64,000 nucleotides of DNA from an uncultured Planctomycetaceae bacterium (GCA_963815195.1 CAWFGE010000021.1:128001-192000); one strand, 5' to 3'. Shown: positions 51,986-62,830, counted from the first letter of the stretch. The notes: a model not told the origin generated them from the letters alone. Numbers and translations: made by a program.

Positions 51986-53925
51986 CTACTCGCCGTAGAA
52001 GTTCGTCAACTCTTCGACGAGCAACGGCTCCTGGATAGAATCGCTGGCGAGGCGGGCGCGGAAGCGGTGGTAGCCCGCGGTCTTGCCTCGCACAAGAATC
52101 CGGTAGACGGCGGCGTTCTCGGCTTCGAGCGCCGGGAGGGCTTGAAACACGAGCACCCGGCCCTCGAGGTTATGGGCCGCCGGGGCCTTCACATCGGCCA
52201 GCTCGACGCCTTCGGGAAGTTCGCAAGCCACCTGAACGTTCTGGGCGTGCTTTGTCCCTTGGTTTTTGACGTGGATTTCGTAAGCCGTTTCGGTCCCGAC
52301 TTCCACGGGGTCGTTGAAGTCTTTGATTTCGAGCGTAAGCGCCGCGATGCCTTCGATCTTGGTAAGGATGTGGTCTTCGCTACGCGTGCCCTGATCGGTG
52401 ATCGCGGAAACGACGTGCTCGAACTCGCCGAGCTTGACGGCTTCGAGCGCGAGTTCCATCGTTGCGGATTGGCCGGGCTCGAGTCGGCCCACGAACCAGC
52501 CGGCGGTCTTGGACAGCGCGTCGAACTTGCCGCCTTCGGTCGCCGAGAGAAAGCGGAAGCCTTCGGGGACCTTGTGCATTACGCGGACGTTGTTTGAGAC
52601 CGTCGTGCCGTCGTTGGTGACGGTCAGCTTGTAGATGGCGTTTCGGTTCTTATAGCGCAGTCCCGGCCCATCGACTTCCATTTTCACGCTGGGGGAAATG
52701 ATGCGGATTTCGGTTTCGGTCAGCTTGCGGAGGTAGGGCGCGGAGTCCGCCGCGAGCTTGGCCTCGGCGAGGACTTTCACGCGATGCGTTCCGCCCGCCG
52801 CGGCGGCCAGAGCCAGCCGGACCATGCGCGTCTCGCCGGGATTCAGCGAGCCGATGGACATGCTAAGCTGCTTGCCTTGGGGATGTTCCAAGCCTTCGGG
52901 AATGAGGGCTTTGATTTCGACGTTGCGGGCGGTGCCGGTGCCGGGGTTGGAAACCTGGACGATTTGCGAAGCGGGATCGCCGAGTTGAACTTCGGTCGGG
53001 CCTTTGAGGACGACTTCCAACAGCGGTTCCTGCACGTGGAACACGGTCGCGGCGGCGGTGGTAAAGTGCACAAGAGCCGACGCATTCAGGTCGCCTCGGC
53101 CGGTGGGGATCATGTGGATTTGAATGACCTTCGTTTGATTGGGAGCGAGTTCGCCCAGGGACCATTGGAGCCGATCGCCCACGGGCTGGGGAGCGGGCGT
53201 GATCGCGGGCAGCAACCGGGCGGTGGCGGGGACCGCGGCTTCGACGGTCACGTCCCGTGCGGACAGGCCGCCGGTGTTTTTCACGACGAGATCACATTGG
53301 CATTCCTGGCCCACGTTGATTTCCGTGCGTTTGATCCATTCCAACGTCACCGTGGCCGTTTGCGGTCCGGTGGTCGGAGCCACGTCGATTGCCGACTTGG
53401 TTTGGGCCACCGGCCAGGACGAGATCGGTTGTTCGCCGGGGGTTTCCAACGCCTCGGCGGGAGCCTTCTCGACGTCCAGAATCGTCACGCGACCGCCGGC
53501 GGGCTGCGGCGTGCCGGGGGAAACAGCGGCGGGTCGGTGGCAGTCGGGGCCGGTTCAGCGGACGGCGGGGCGATATCCACCACACTGATCGAGCCACCGG
53601 TTGCGGGGGCTGCGGCCAGCGGATCGCCGGGAGGAATCGCGGGCTCGCCGGTTTCGGACAGCGAGGGCAGCGCGGAGAATTCATCGCGTCCCGGTGCCAA
53701 AGGCGGCTCGGCGGGCGAGGCGGCGGGATTTCCCGCCAGGTGCTCTTCGTCCGCGAAAGCCGATTCGCGATGTCTCGAATACCGCGAGATCCCCGGCGTC
53801 ACGGCCGGTTCGGTTTGGGCCGGCGGCGCTTCGGGGACGGGTTTTTCTCCGGCCCAAGCGATGAGACCCATCAATACACAGGCACACAGGCCGGTCAGGC
53901 CCACAAAGAGGATGCCCTTCCTCAT
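51986..53925 (-). CDS. Secreted DUF11-repeat (OmcB-like) protein; frameshift near 53500-53520
   Basis: Signal and Pro-rich N-terminus in ORF 53485..54033 (ATG 53925). Ig-like repeats VKNTG, VSNPGTG, VTNDGT, DPVEVGTETAYEIHVKNQG. Confidence 0.8.
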
Positions 53926-54214
53926 GAGTTCACTCCTTGAACAGTTCGAAACGCCATGTGTCGCAGAATCGCCGCGGCATTCCAAGCCCCGGAATGCCCC
54001 GGCTGCCGATGTTTTGAGACCGGCATGTCTCATTGCTATCGGCAGCGGGGCGGCGTCAGGTTGAGAAGATTTGGCAAACTTTTCCGATTTCGGCGAATTT
54101 TCGGGCGAGCTTTCCTTTCCTCAAGAAATGTCCCCGTGGATTTGAATTCCCGCGGAATTTGCGCGAGACTGCACAGATTAACGAGCGTGCGCAATTCTGC
54201 GCCTGATCTGATGT

Positions 54215-54373
54215 AAATCCGAAGCACGAAATCCGAAATCCGAAACAAATCCGAAATGCCAAATCCGCATGTCCCAAACGAATGCCTCCACCCATAAAGC
54301 CCACCTGACGATGCGAGGTTTGGACATTCGGGCGTTGGGATGTGTTTCGGATTTCGAGATTCGGATTTTCGGA
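54215..54373. repeat. Inverted pair of degenerate heptamer (AAATCCG) arrays
   Basis: AAATCCGAAGCACGAAATCCGAAATCCGAAACAAATCCG on the left; GTTTCGGATTTCGAGATTCGGATTTTCGG on the right. Confidence 0.75.
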
Positions 54374-54423
54374 CGCGGGGCCTCGATCACAACGCGGCGA
54401 CTTCATCACGAAGGCGGTGGACG

Positions 54424-56148
54424 ATGAACAACCTTTTGGCACATCTGGGTTTAATAGCCTTTCTGTTGGGGAGTTGGGGAATGGGGGAATCGCTGACGGC
54501 GGGCGAATACGATCGGCCCGCGGGCTGGCCGCAGCAAAGCCGATCGGCCGTGCTCGCCAAAAACGGGATGGTCGCCACGAGCCATCCGCTGGCGGCCCAG
54601 GTCGGTTTGAACATTTTGCAATCCGGAGGCAACGCCGCGGATGCCGCGATCGCCGTGGATGCGATGCTCGGACTGGTCGAGCCGATGAGCTGTGGCATCG
54701 GCGGGGACCTGTTCGTCATTTATTGGGACGCGAAAACCCAAAAGCTCTACGGCCTCAACGCCAGCGGCCGCAGCCCGTACAAACTCACGCGGGAGGTGTT
54801 TCGCGAAAAACAGCTTTCGCAAATCCCGGACGAGGGGCCGTTGTCCTGGTCGGTGCCGGGTTGCGTGGACGGTTGGGCGGAACTCCAAAACCGCTTCGGC
54901 GATACCGATCTCAAAACCGTCTTGGCCCCGGCGATTGAATATGGCAAACAAGGCGTCCCCGTGCCGGAGGTGATCGCGTCCTATTGGAAAGGCGGCGAGA
55001 AGGCCTTCAAGAAATGGCCGGACTCGGCGGCGACCTATCTGCCCGGCGGCCACGCTCCGGCGTTCGGCGAGGTCTTCAAGAATCCCCGGTTGGCGGCGAG
55101 CTATCAAGCCATCGCCGACGGCGGCCGCGATGCGTTTTACAAAGGAGCCATCGCCGAGAAGATCGTGAACTTCAGCCACGCCCGCGGCGGGTATTTTGAA
55201 CTCAAAGATTTCCACGACCACACCTCCACCTGGGTCGAGCCGGTGAGCACGAACTACCGCGGCTACGACGTCTGGGAGCTGCCGCCCAACGGCCAGGGGA
55301 TCGCGGCGCTCGAGATGCTCAACATTCTGGAAGGTTACGACCTCAAAAAAATGGGCCGGTTGAGCGCGGACTATCTGCATCTGTTCGTGGAAGCCAAGAA
55401 GCTCGCGTTTGCGGACCGGGCGAAGTTTTACGCGGACCCCGATTTCGACAAGCTGCCGATCACGGAGTTGATCTCCAAAAAATACGCCGACCGGCAAAGG
55501 CAGCGGATCGACATGCAGAAAGCCGCCGTGGATGTGCCCGCCGGCGATCCGCAACTCGCCCAGGGCGACACGGTGTATCTGACGGTCGTCGATAAAGACC
55601 GCAATTGCTGCTCGTTCATCCAGAGCAATTATTTCGGGTTCGGCTCGAAAGTCGTGCCGGGCGATGTGGGGTTTGTTCTGCAAAACCGCGGAGCATTGTT
55701 CGCCTTGGACGACACGCACCATAACCGCCTGGAGCCTCACAAGCGGCCGTTTCATACGATCATCCCCGCGATGGTCACCAAAGACGGCAAGCCTTGGTTT
55801 TGCTTCGGCGTGATGGGCGGCGACATGCAGCCGCAGGGCCACGTGCAAGTTTTGGTGAACCTGATTGATTTTGGATTGAACGTCCAACAGGCGGGAGACG
55901 CGGCCCGCGTTCGGCACATCGGTTCGCAGACGCCCACGGGATTGCCGATGGCCAAAAAGGGCGGCTCGGTCGCGGTGGAGTCGAGCATTCCGCGGCCCGT
56001 GCTCAGGGACCTCCGCAACCGCGGGCATCAAATCGTCAAAGCCCCCGGCGGGTTCGGCGGCTATCAGAGCATTCTGATCGACTGGACCAACGGCAGCCTG
56101 CAAGGCGCCACCGAACCCCGCAAAGACGGCGCGGTGCTTGGCTATTGA
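54424..56148 (+). CDS. ggt: Gamma-glutamyltransferase, secreted
   Basis: GMVATSHPLA, GGNAADAAIA, CGIGGD, ELPPNGQG, nucleophile GDTVY, QNRG, KRPFHTIIP, GVMGGDMQPQG, EPRKDG. Confidence 0.95.
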   Translation: MNNLLAHLGLIAFLLGSWGMGESLTAGEYDRPAGWPQQSRSAVLAKNGMVATSHPLAAQVGLNILQSGGNAADAAIAVDAMLGLVEPMSCGIGGDLFVIYWDAKTQKLYGLNASGRSPYKLTREVFREKQLSQIPDEGPLSWSVPGCVDGWAELQNRFGDTDLKTVLAPAIEYGKQGVPVPEVIASYWKGGEKAFKKWPDSAATYLPGGHAPAFGEVFKNPRLAASYQAIADGGRDAFYKGAIAEKIVNFSHARGGYFELKDFHDHTSTWVEPVSTNYRGYDVWELPPNGQGIAALEMLNILEGYDLKKMGRLSADYLHLFVEAKKLAFADRAKFYADPDFDKLPITELISKKYADRQRQRIDMQKAAVDVPAGDPQLAQGDTVYLTVVDKDRNCCSFIQSNYFGFGSKVVPGDVGFVLQNRGALFALDDTHHNRLEPHKRPFHTIIPAMVTKDGKPWFCFGVMGGDMQPQGHVQVLVNLIDFGLNVQQAGDAARVRHIGSQTPTGLPMAKKGGSVAVESSIPRPVLRDLRNRGHQIVKAPGGFGGYQSILIDWTNGSLQGATEPRKDGAVLGY

Positions 56149-56157
56149 TTCAAGAAA

Positions 56158-56410
56158 ATAACCAATGACCAAGCCCCAATGACCAAAGGGGAACATGAAA
56201 CGTTAGGCTGTGTCCCGTGAATTCCACTGGCCCGAAGCGCGAGCGAGGGAAGCTAAGGAAACGGGGTCCAAAACACTCGAAAGCCCCGAAGCGGCGGCAG
56301 CACATTTTGCTCCGTCGCTTGCTGTCGCCCCTTCGCGGCTTCATATGTCTTCTCGAATAATCCTGCGGGCTGATGCCCGCAGCTATATGCTGTCGCCGCT
56401 TCGCGGCTAA
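56158..56410. repeat. Mosaic of short repeat and palindromic elements
   Basis: CCAATGACCAA twice; GGCCCGAAGCGCGAGCGAGGG; AGCCCCGAAGCGGCGGCAGCA with two inverted copies TGCTGTCGCC(C/G)CTTCGCGGCT; hairpin GCGGGCTGATGCCCGC. Confidence 0.65.
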
Positions 56411-56475
56411 AATGCGCAACTTCAAAACTGGCACTTCGGGCTGTTTATCGATTGATGTGTTAGAGATTCATTCCA

Positions 56476-57372
56476 ATGCCGATTTCCGTTCATTGTCCCT
56501 GCGGGGCGCAGTTCCGCGTTCGCGATGAGTACGCGGGCAAGAAAGCCCAATGCCCGACCTGCGGCGAGCCGGTCGTCATTCCCACGGCCGACCAATCGCC
56601 CGCCTACATGGCCGCTCCCGGCGCCGCCATGCACGAACCCGGCGGCGAATTCGCGCAGTTTCCGGCTCCGAGTTCCGCTGCGGCCGCTGGTCGTCGCGGA
56701 GCGGGATCCAAGTGGCTTGCCGGTCTGGATTCGGGATTGTTCGGATTGGGCCGGCTCAGCGGGCTGGCGTGTTTGCTGATCGGGTTGATCTTCGTGCTGA
56801 TGGCCCGCGGATGCGATTCGCTCGCCAGCCGCTCCGCCGCGTCTTATACCGCCGAGTACGAATTGGCCCAGAACGAGTTCTCGCAGGAGTGGGAAGACAA
56901 GCGCGTCGATCTGCAAAACCGCATCGACAATCTCCAGGAGAACATCGACGACCTCAACCAAAAAATGTTGGAGGCCGAGACGCCCAGCGCCCGCGACGGG
57001 TTTCGGCAAGACATCGACGACTACCGCAAACAGATGGCCGACGAGCGCGAAAAACTCGACGAGTTGGCGAAAGATGAGCAAAAATCCCGCCGGGAAAAAG
57101 AACGCGGCGAATGGCGGAGCCTCCGCACCAACGCCCAGAACGCCGCGGCCAACAACACCAGGGGCCGGTACTGGCGGGAACTCTTGTTCGTATTCGGCAC
57201 GGTCGTGCTCAGCATCGGACTGTTGACGGTCGGTTTCACCGGCGAAAAGCACGAACGCCTGATCTGTCTGATTATGATCACCATCATCACCTTCAGCATC
57301 TACATCGGCGGCATGGCCTGGGTGCCCTCGGCGATCCCTTCGCCCCCATCGGCCGCCCGCGGATTGCGCTAA
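56476..57372 (+). CDS. Hypothetical membrane protein: N-terminal Zn ribbon, TM, coiled coil, two C-terminal TMs
   Basis: CPCG...GKKAQCPTCG; heptad-rich region LQNRIDNLQENIDDL. Confidence 0.75.
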   Translation: MPISVHCPCGAQFRVRDEYAGKKAQCPTCGEPVVIPTADQSPAYMAAPGAAMHEPGGEFAQFPAPSSAAAAGRRGAGSKWLAGLDSGLFGLGRLSGLACLLIGLIFVLMARGCDSLASRSAASYTAEYELAQNEFSQEWEDKRVDLQNRIDNLQENIDDLNQKMLEAETPSARDGFRQDIDDYRKQMADEREKLDELAKDEQKSRREKERGEWRSLRTNAQNAAANNTRGRYWRELLFVFGTVVLSIGLLTVGFTGEKHERLICLIMITIITFSIYIGGMAWVPSAIPSPPSAARGLR

Positions 57373-57545
57373 TCCCTCCCGCCGATGGGCTGATTGGCTC
57401 GACACGGGCGTTCGAGTTTGAGACAGTCCGTGGAACAATCCCAAGCCGACGCCGCCGACGCCTTGGCGTCGGTTCCGACCGCAAACGGTCGGGTTGGGTG
57501 ACGTTGTATCGACGACTCAACGAAAACCACTGACGGGAGACGCTT

Positions 57546-58267
57546 GTGGATTACACCTACGAAGACGTGGCCAAGATGATCGACCACTCGCTCTTAAATC
57601 CCACCTTGACCACGGCGGAATTGGACGCGGGGATCGATTTGGCGCTCGCGTACAATGTCGCCAGCGTGTGCATCATGCCTTACGACTTGAAGACCTGTGC
57701 CGAGCGTCTGGCCGGCAGCAGCGTGCAGGCTTCGACGACCATCGGCTTTCCCCACGGCGGCCACACCACCGCCATCAAGCGGGCCGAAGCCGAGCGCCGG
57801 TCGCCGATGGCTGCCAAGAGCTGGATATGGTCGTCAACATCTCCCAGGTGCTCAGCGGCGATTGGGATTACGTCCGGCAGGACATCGCGGCCGTCATCGA
57901 AGTCGCCCACGCCGCGGGCCAAAAGGTCAAGGTGATTTTTGAGAACTGCTATCTGAACGACGACCAGAAAATTCGCCTGTGCCGGATTTGCGGGGAGCTA
58001 AACGCCGACTGGGTCAAAACCTCCACAGGCTATGGCACCGGCGGAGCGACGACCGAAGACCTCAAACTCATGCGGGCCAACTCGCCCGAGCACGTCCAGG
58101 TCAAAGCGGCCGGCGGCGTCCGCGATTTGGACCGCCTGCTCGAAGTCCGCAGCCTCGGCGTCAGCCGCGTGGGAGCCAGCCGGACGAAAGACATTCTGGA
58201 CGAATGCCGTACCCGCTTGGGCTTAACCGCGATCGAAGTGAAGGATGCCAACGGCGGCGGGTATTGA
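57546..58267 (+). CDS. deoC: Deoxyribose-phosphate aldolase; frameshift near 57797
   Basis: MIDHSLLNP, SVCIMP and TIGFPHG in ORF 57546; ELDMVVN, VKVIFE, VKTSTG, VKAAGGVR and RVGAS in ORF 57494. Confidence 0.92.
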
Positions 58268-58292
58268 TGCGGCAAACGAGTTCGCCGCAAAG

Positions 58293-58353
58293 AGAGCCGC
58301 GCACGCAGTAAGCGGTCGGGGGATTAAGAACCGCTTACTGCGTGCGCGGCTCT
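58293..58353. repeat. Perfect 24-bp inverted repeat (REP-like or terminator)
   Basis: AGAGCCGCGCACGCAGTAAGCGGT-N13-ACCGCTTACTGCGTGCGCGGCTCT. Confidence 0.8.
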
Positions 58354-58541
58354 TTGTCGTGCTGCGGCTACGAGTCGATGGGCCGCTACAATCCGCATAG
58401 TTTGTTGATCGGATCGTTGTCATCCGAATCCTCAGCGCGAATGGGCTTCGCGTGGCTTTTTAGCAACGTGCATCGCTGGAATTCGTGTCTCCCATGCTAC
58501 GCTTGAGGCGAAGTTTCGCTATTTGCGTGGAGGGAGAAACG

Positions 58542-59999
58542 ATGATTGGTTTCCACCGGTTTTGCCGATTCCAAAGTTTTTCCGTGACGGTGCGGATGAT
58601 GATCGCGGCTGCGGTTTTGTCGGCCGCGGGCTGTATGCAGATTCCCCGCGCGCCGTTGATGCCGCCGCATTGGTCCGGGTCGGGATATGCTCCGTACGCG
58701 AGTCCGCTGCCCGGTTCCACGGTGCCTGTGCCGGAAGATGTTCCCGCGCCCGTGAAGGATGAGCCTCCCGAGCCGACGTTCGGGGAAGATTACTCGGCTC
58801 CGATGCCGGTGCAATCCAACCGTTCCGCCCCCGTCGATGTGCTCCCGGCTTCGCCCAATTCCGCGAACAATTCCGCGAATCCGAACGTGCAACCGCCGCG
58901 GTTGGAGGCGCCGACCATCGTGCCGGAAGACATCACCGTGCCGCTGATGCTCGATCTCAAAGTCGCGGCTCCCGAAACGAATCTCGTGGGCGAGGTCAGC
59001 GTGTTCGAGATCACACTCCAAAACCCGAGCGACCACGATGCCCAGGATGTGGTCGTCGAATCGCGGTTTGAGGAAGGCCTGATCTTCCCCGGCAGCACCG
59101 ACCAGCAGGTGAATCAAACCATCGGCACGTTGGCGGCCGGCGAAACCCGGCAGGCGAAGTTGTCCCTCAAAAGCCTCCGCGCGGGTTATCACTGCGTCGA
59201 GTTTCGGCTGCTCGCGAAAGGGGCCGAGCCCGTGTCGAAGAAGGTCTGCGTGAAGTATCAGGACTCGGCGGTTTCGCTCCAAGTCGAAGGGCCGGCCAAA
59301 CGCATGGTCGGCGGGAACGCCGAGTGGAACCTGACGGTCCTCTCGCGGGAATACCTGCCGGTGTCCGACGCGGTGGTCACGCTGGATTACGATTCCACGT
59401 ACCTCAAACCGGTGGGCGGCTCGGAGGGAGCCAAACAAGAATTGGGCAAAATCACCTGGCCTTTGGGAACGCTGCAATCGTCCGAACGCGTGGAACTGCA
59501 AGTCGAGTTCGAGTGCCTGATGCCGGTGGACTCGACGTGCCTGTCCCTCAAAGTCACCGCCGACGGCGATCACGAACAGACCGCCCAATCTTGTCTGGCC
59601 ATCGACCGCCGGGTCGGAGCTTTGGAGATCGATTTGGCCGATTCGCCCGACCCCGTGAAAGCGGGCGGGGACATCGAATACGTCGTCACCATCGCCAACC
59701 GCGGCCTGGAGTCGGTGCACGATCTCCAAGTGACGGCGTCGCTGCCGGAACTGCTCCGTGCCGGCACCACCCTCGTCCGCGAAGCCCGCCGGCCGCTGTC
59801 CGGCATCCGTGCCCGCGTGGACGATTCGCTGGTGCGGTTCGACTCGGTCGATGTCTTGGCCCCCGATGCCCAATTGACCTTCACCATTAAAGCCAAAGCT
59901 CTGCACCCGGGCACCGGGCGATTGCTGCTCAGCGTGTCGTCCGACGACCGAAGCGCCGGCAAGCTTCGCCTCGAAGAAGTGACCACCGTTGTTCAATAA
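58542..59999 (+). CDS. DUF11-repeat (OmcB-like) lipoprotein
   Basis: Lipobox AAGC, Pro-rich linker, Ig-like repeats FEITLQNP, ITWPLGTL, DSPDPVKAGGDIEYVVTIANRG. Confidence 0.78.
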   Translation: MIGFHRFCRFQSFSVTVRMMIAAAVLSAAGCMQIPRAPLMPPHWSGSGYAPYASPLPGSTVPVPEDVPAPVKDEPPEPTFGEDYSAPMPVQSNRSAPVDVLPASPNSANNSANPNVQPPRLEAPTIVPEDITVPLMLDLKVAAPETNLVGEVSVFEITLQNPSDHDAQDVVVESRFEEGLIFPGSTDQQVNQTIGTLAAGETRQAKLSLKSLRAGYHCVEFRLLAKGAEPVSKKVCVKYQDSAVSLQVEGPAKRMVGGNAEWNLTVLSREYLPVSDAVVTLDYDSTYLKPVGGSEGAKQELGKITWPLGTLQSSERVELQVEFECLMPVDSTCLSLKVTADGDHEQTAQSCLAIDRRVGALEIDLADSPDPVKAGGDIEYVVTIANRGLESVHDLQVTASLPELLRAGTTLVREARRPLSGIRARVDDSLVRFDSVDVLAPDAQLTFTIKAKALHPGTGRLLLSVSSDDRSAGKLRLEEVTTVVQ

Positions 60000-60119
60000 A
60001 CTCAGCGACCGGCGAAGGCGAGCAATCCTTGCGTGCCGATGTTCGGCGTGCGAGAATACTTGCGTCTTTTGCAATTCGCCCTTGATGAGGCTCGGTCACC
60101 AGCGGAAAGGCAGACGCAT

Positions 60120-61085
60120 ATGATGACAGACTCGATGATCCGCAGGGATTTTCTAAAAACTAGCACAGCGGGGTTGGCGGCGATGGCGATGGGCGTGTCC
60201 ACCAGCAATCAGTTATTGGCTCAAGAAGACAATGACCTCACCAAGGGTTGGATCGATGCCCATTCGCATATCTGGACGCGGGACATAGAGCATTACCCGC
60301 TTCGGGAAGGCAAGACGCTCAAGGATCTCGACCCGCCGAGCTTTACAACGGAAGAGTTGATCGAGGTGTCATCGAAAGAGGGCGTGTCGCGCGTGGTGTT
60401 GATTGCCCATAACATTTACTACCGTTACGACAACTCCTATATGATCGATGCGGCCAAGCAGCACCCCGGCAAGTTTCGCATCGTGGGCATGGTCGATGAG
60501 AGCAAGCCGCATCCGGATGTGGAAATGCGAAATCTTTTGAAGCAAGGGGTGACGGGCTTTCGCATCACGCCGCGGGTGCGCGGCCGCGAGGTTTGGCTGA
60601 AAAGTCCCGGCATGGAGGTGATGTGGAAGACGGCCGCCGCGACGCGTCAGTCCATGTGCTGCCTGATCGATCCCGCAGATTTGCCCGATGTCGAAGCAAT
60701 GTGCCGCAAGTATCCCGAAACGCCTGTGGTCATCGATCACTTTGCCCGCGTCGGAGCCGACGGGACGATCCGCGAAAAAGACGTCAAACAGCTTTGCGAT
60801 TTGCACCGGCATCAACAAGTCCGAGTCAAGGTCTCGGCATTCTATGCCCTCGGAAAAAAACAGCCGCCTTACTTGGATCTCCTCCCGGTGATTACGCGGT
60901 TGCTCGACGCTTATGGCCCGGAGCGGCTGATGTGGGCCAGCGATTCGCCCTATCAACTTGCGGGCGAGAATACCTATAAAGCCTCGATTGAACTCATCCG
61001 CGACCGCGCGGATTTCTTGTCGGATTCGGATCGCCAGTGGCTGTTGCGCAAAACGGCGGAGAAAACGTATTTCTTTAAGATCTAG
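60120..61085 (+). CDS. Tat-exported amidohydrolase (Amidohydro_2 family)
   Basis: RRDFLK twin-arginine signal, IDAHSH, GFRI, VVIDH, VKVSA, RLMWASDSP. Confidence 0.88.
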   Translation: MMTDSMIRRDFLKTSTAGLAAMAMGVSTSNQLLAQEDNDLTKGWIDAHSHIWTRDIEHYPLREGKTLKDLDPPSFTTEELIEVSSKEGVSRVVLIAHNIYYRYDNSYMIDAAKQHPGKFRIVGMVDESKPHPDVEMRNLLKQGVTGFRITPRVRGREVWLKSPGMEVMWKTAAATRQSMCCLIDPADLPDVEAMCRKYPETPVVIDHFARVGADGTIREKDVKQLCDLHRHQQVRVKVSAFYALGKKQPPYLDLLPVITRLLDAYGPERLMWASDSPYQLAGENTYKASIELIRDRADFLSDSDRQWLLRKTAEKTYFFKI

Positions 61086-62563
61086 TTTTCTTCGAGCTTC
61101 CGCAGGACTTGAGGATGAGGATTCGTCACATGGCCGGGCGGCCGTTGATTGCGGCCGGTCCGATTCGTGTCGCCGAGATCCCGCCGGGCCTCCTCTGCCA
61201 GGTCGAGTAGTTCCTTGACGATCCGCGGATGCTTCGCGGCCATGTTTTTCGTTGAGCCTCTGTCTTCCACCACGTTATAGAGAAGCGGTTCGCTGCTTTG
61301 GCCCTTGCGAAAGTGCGGGTGCCGTTGAAAGGTCTTTAGCGGCACGAACAGTTTCCAGGGACCTCGGCGGACCGCCTGGAGTTGGTCGGTCTGGTAATAG
61401 TAGAACGCCTTATAGGGAGTTGTCGCTCCCTCTTCGCCGAATAAGAGCGGGCGGATGTCGTGTCCATCGATAATGCGGTCCCGGGGTTCCATGGTCCCGG
61501 CGAGCCGGGCGAACGTGGGGAGCATGTCCATGGTCGTGGCGAGCTCATGACAATCCGTGCCCGCGGAGATGCGGCCCGGCCACCAGGCGATCATCGGCAC
61601 GCGAAAGGCCCCTTCCGCCGTGGTGTAACCCCGGCCAAACAGCGGCTGATTGCTGCCTCGCCGGGGACTGTTCACATCCTGGGCGAGCGGCGCGCCGTTG
61701 TCGGAAGTCCAGATCACGAGGGTTTTCCGGTCGAGTTTCAGCTCGGCGAGCTTGTCGAGGATCCGCCCGGCGGACCAGTCGAGCTCTTCCACCGCATCGC
61801 CCCAGGGACCGTTTTGGCTTTTGCCCCGAAAGGCGGGGCTGGAAAACGGGGCGGTTGTGCTGCCGGGCATGGCTTGCGGCAGATAGAGAAAAAACGGTCG
61901 CGCGCGGTTTCGCTCGATAAACTGAATCGCCTGCTCGGTGTAGCGCTCGGTTAACAGGTTTCGATCCACGGGAGCTTCGACGACGGTTTCGTTTTGCATC
62001 AAGGGCAGCGGCGGCCATTTCGAGCCATCCAAACGGCTGCCTAAACGTTCTCCAGTTTGCTGCGTCATATCATCGCTATAGGGAATCCCAAAGAACGCAT
62101 CGAAACCTTGCCGGGTCGGCAAGAACTCCGGCTGATCGCCCAGGTGCCATTTCCCGATAATGGCCGTTTGATAGCCGGCCGATTTCAAGACGTCGGCGAT
62201 CGTGATTTCTTCGGGGTTTAATCCATAGGGCGAAATGGGACGGAGCACCTGCCCGTCGCGGGGGTTCTGATGCATGCCCACGCGTTGGGCATAGCAGCCC
62301 GTCATCAGGCTGGCCCGGGAGGGCGTGCACACTCCGGAGGTCGCATAGAAGTGCGTAAACTTTCTCCCCTCGCGGGCCATGCGATTGAGCCGAGGCGTGC
62401 GGTTCACCTGCGACCCAAAAGGTTCAATGTCTCCGTAGCCCAGATTGTCGCAGAAGATGAGAACGAAGTTCGGCTTTGCCGGCGGAGAATCGGCGAACAG
62501 CGGAGAAATTCCAGCCGCGTAGAAGGCAACGAGCAGCAATCCGAGCCGTGGAATGTGTTTCAT
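61082..62563 (-). CDS. Formylglycine-dependent sulfatase (arylsulfatase A-like)
   Basis: PNFVLIFCDNLG, CTPSRASLMTG, GKWHLG, PYSDDM, TSDNG, EGAFRVP; signal peptide from ATG 62563. Confidence 0.93.
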   Translation of the reverse strand: MKHIPRLGLLLVAFYAAGISPLFADSPPAKPNFVLIFCDNLGYGDIEPFGSQVNRTPRLNRMAREGRKFTHFYATSGVCTPSRASLMTGCYAQRVGMHQNPRDGQVLRPISPYGLNPEEITIADVLKSAGYQTAIIGKWHLGDQPEFLPTRQGFDAFFGIPYSDDMTQQTGERLGSRLDGSKWPPLPLMQNETVVEAPVDRNLLTERYTEQAIQFIERNRARPFFLYLPQAMPGSTTAPFSSPAFRGKSQNGPWGDAVEELDWSAGRILDKLAELKLDRKTLVIWTSDNGAPLAQDVNSPRRGSNQPLFGRGYTTAEGAFRVPMIAWWPGRISAGTDCHELATTMDMLPTFARLAGTMEPRDRIIDGHDIRPLLFGEEGATTPYKAFYYYQTDQLQAVRRGPWKLFVPLKTFQRHPHFRKGQSSEPLLYNVVEDRGSTKNMAAKHPRIVKELLDLAEEARRDLGDTNRTGRNQRPPGHVTNPHPQVLRKLEEN

Positions 62564-62830
62564 AAAAACGCCCAAAACTTGAGTCGAAGAACCGTCTATC
62601 GAAGTCTTAACATGTCTGCGGTAAGATTGCCATTCTTTTGGAATTTGAGGGAAACGGGCGACAGAGGTGTGGTTGTCGAAATCTGGAACCGAACAGTGCA
62701 TATGAATCGATGGCTGGTGTTGTTACAAGGTCGTTACGCACCGCCGGAAAGTTTTATGGAACAATGCGTCGTGTTGCCGCGTCTCAGATGGTGTGCAAAC
62801 TGACTGGCATTTTGTTCTGGAGGAAGTGTG

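Noticed and set aside
54019..54040. Sigma54 promoter (CCGGCATGTCTCATTGC)
   Set aside because: GG to GC spacing is 11 nt rather than the required 10.
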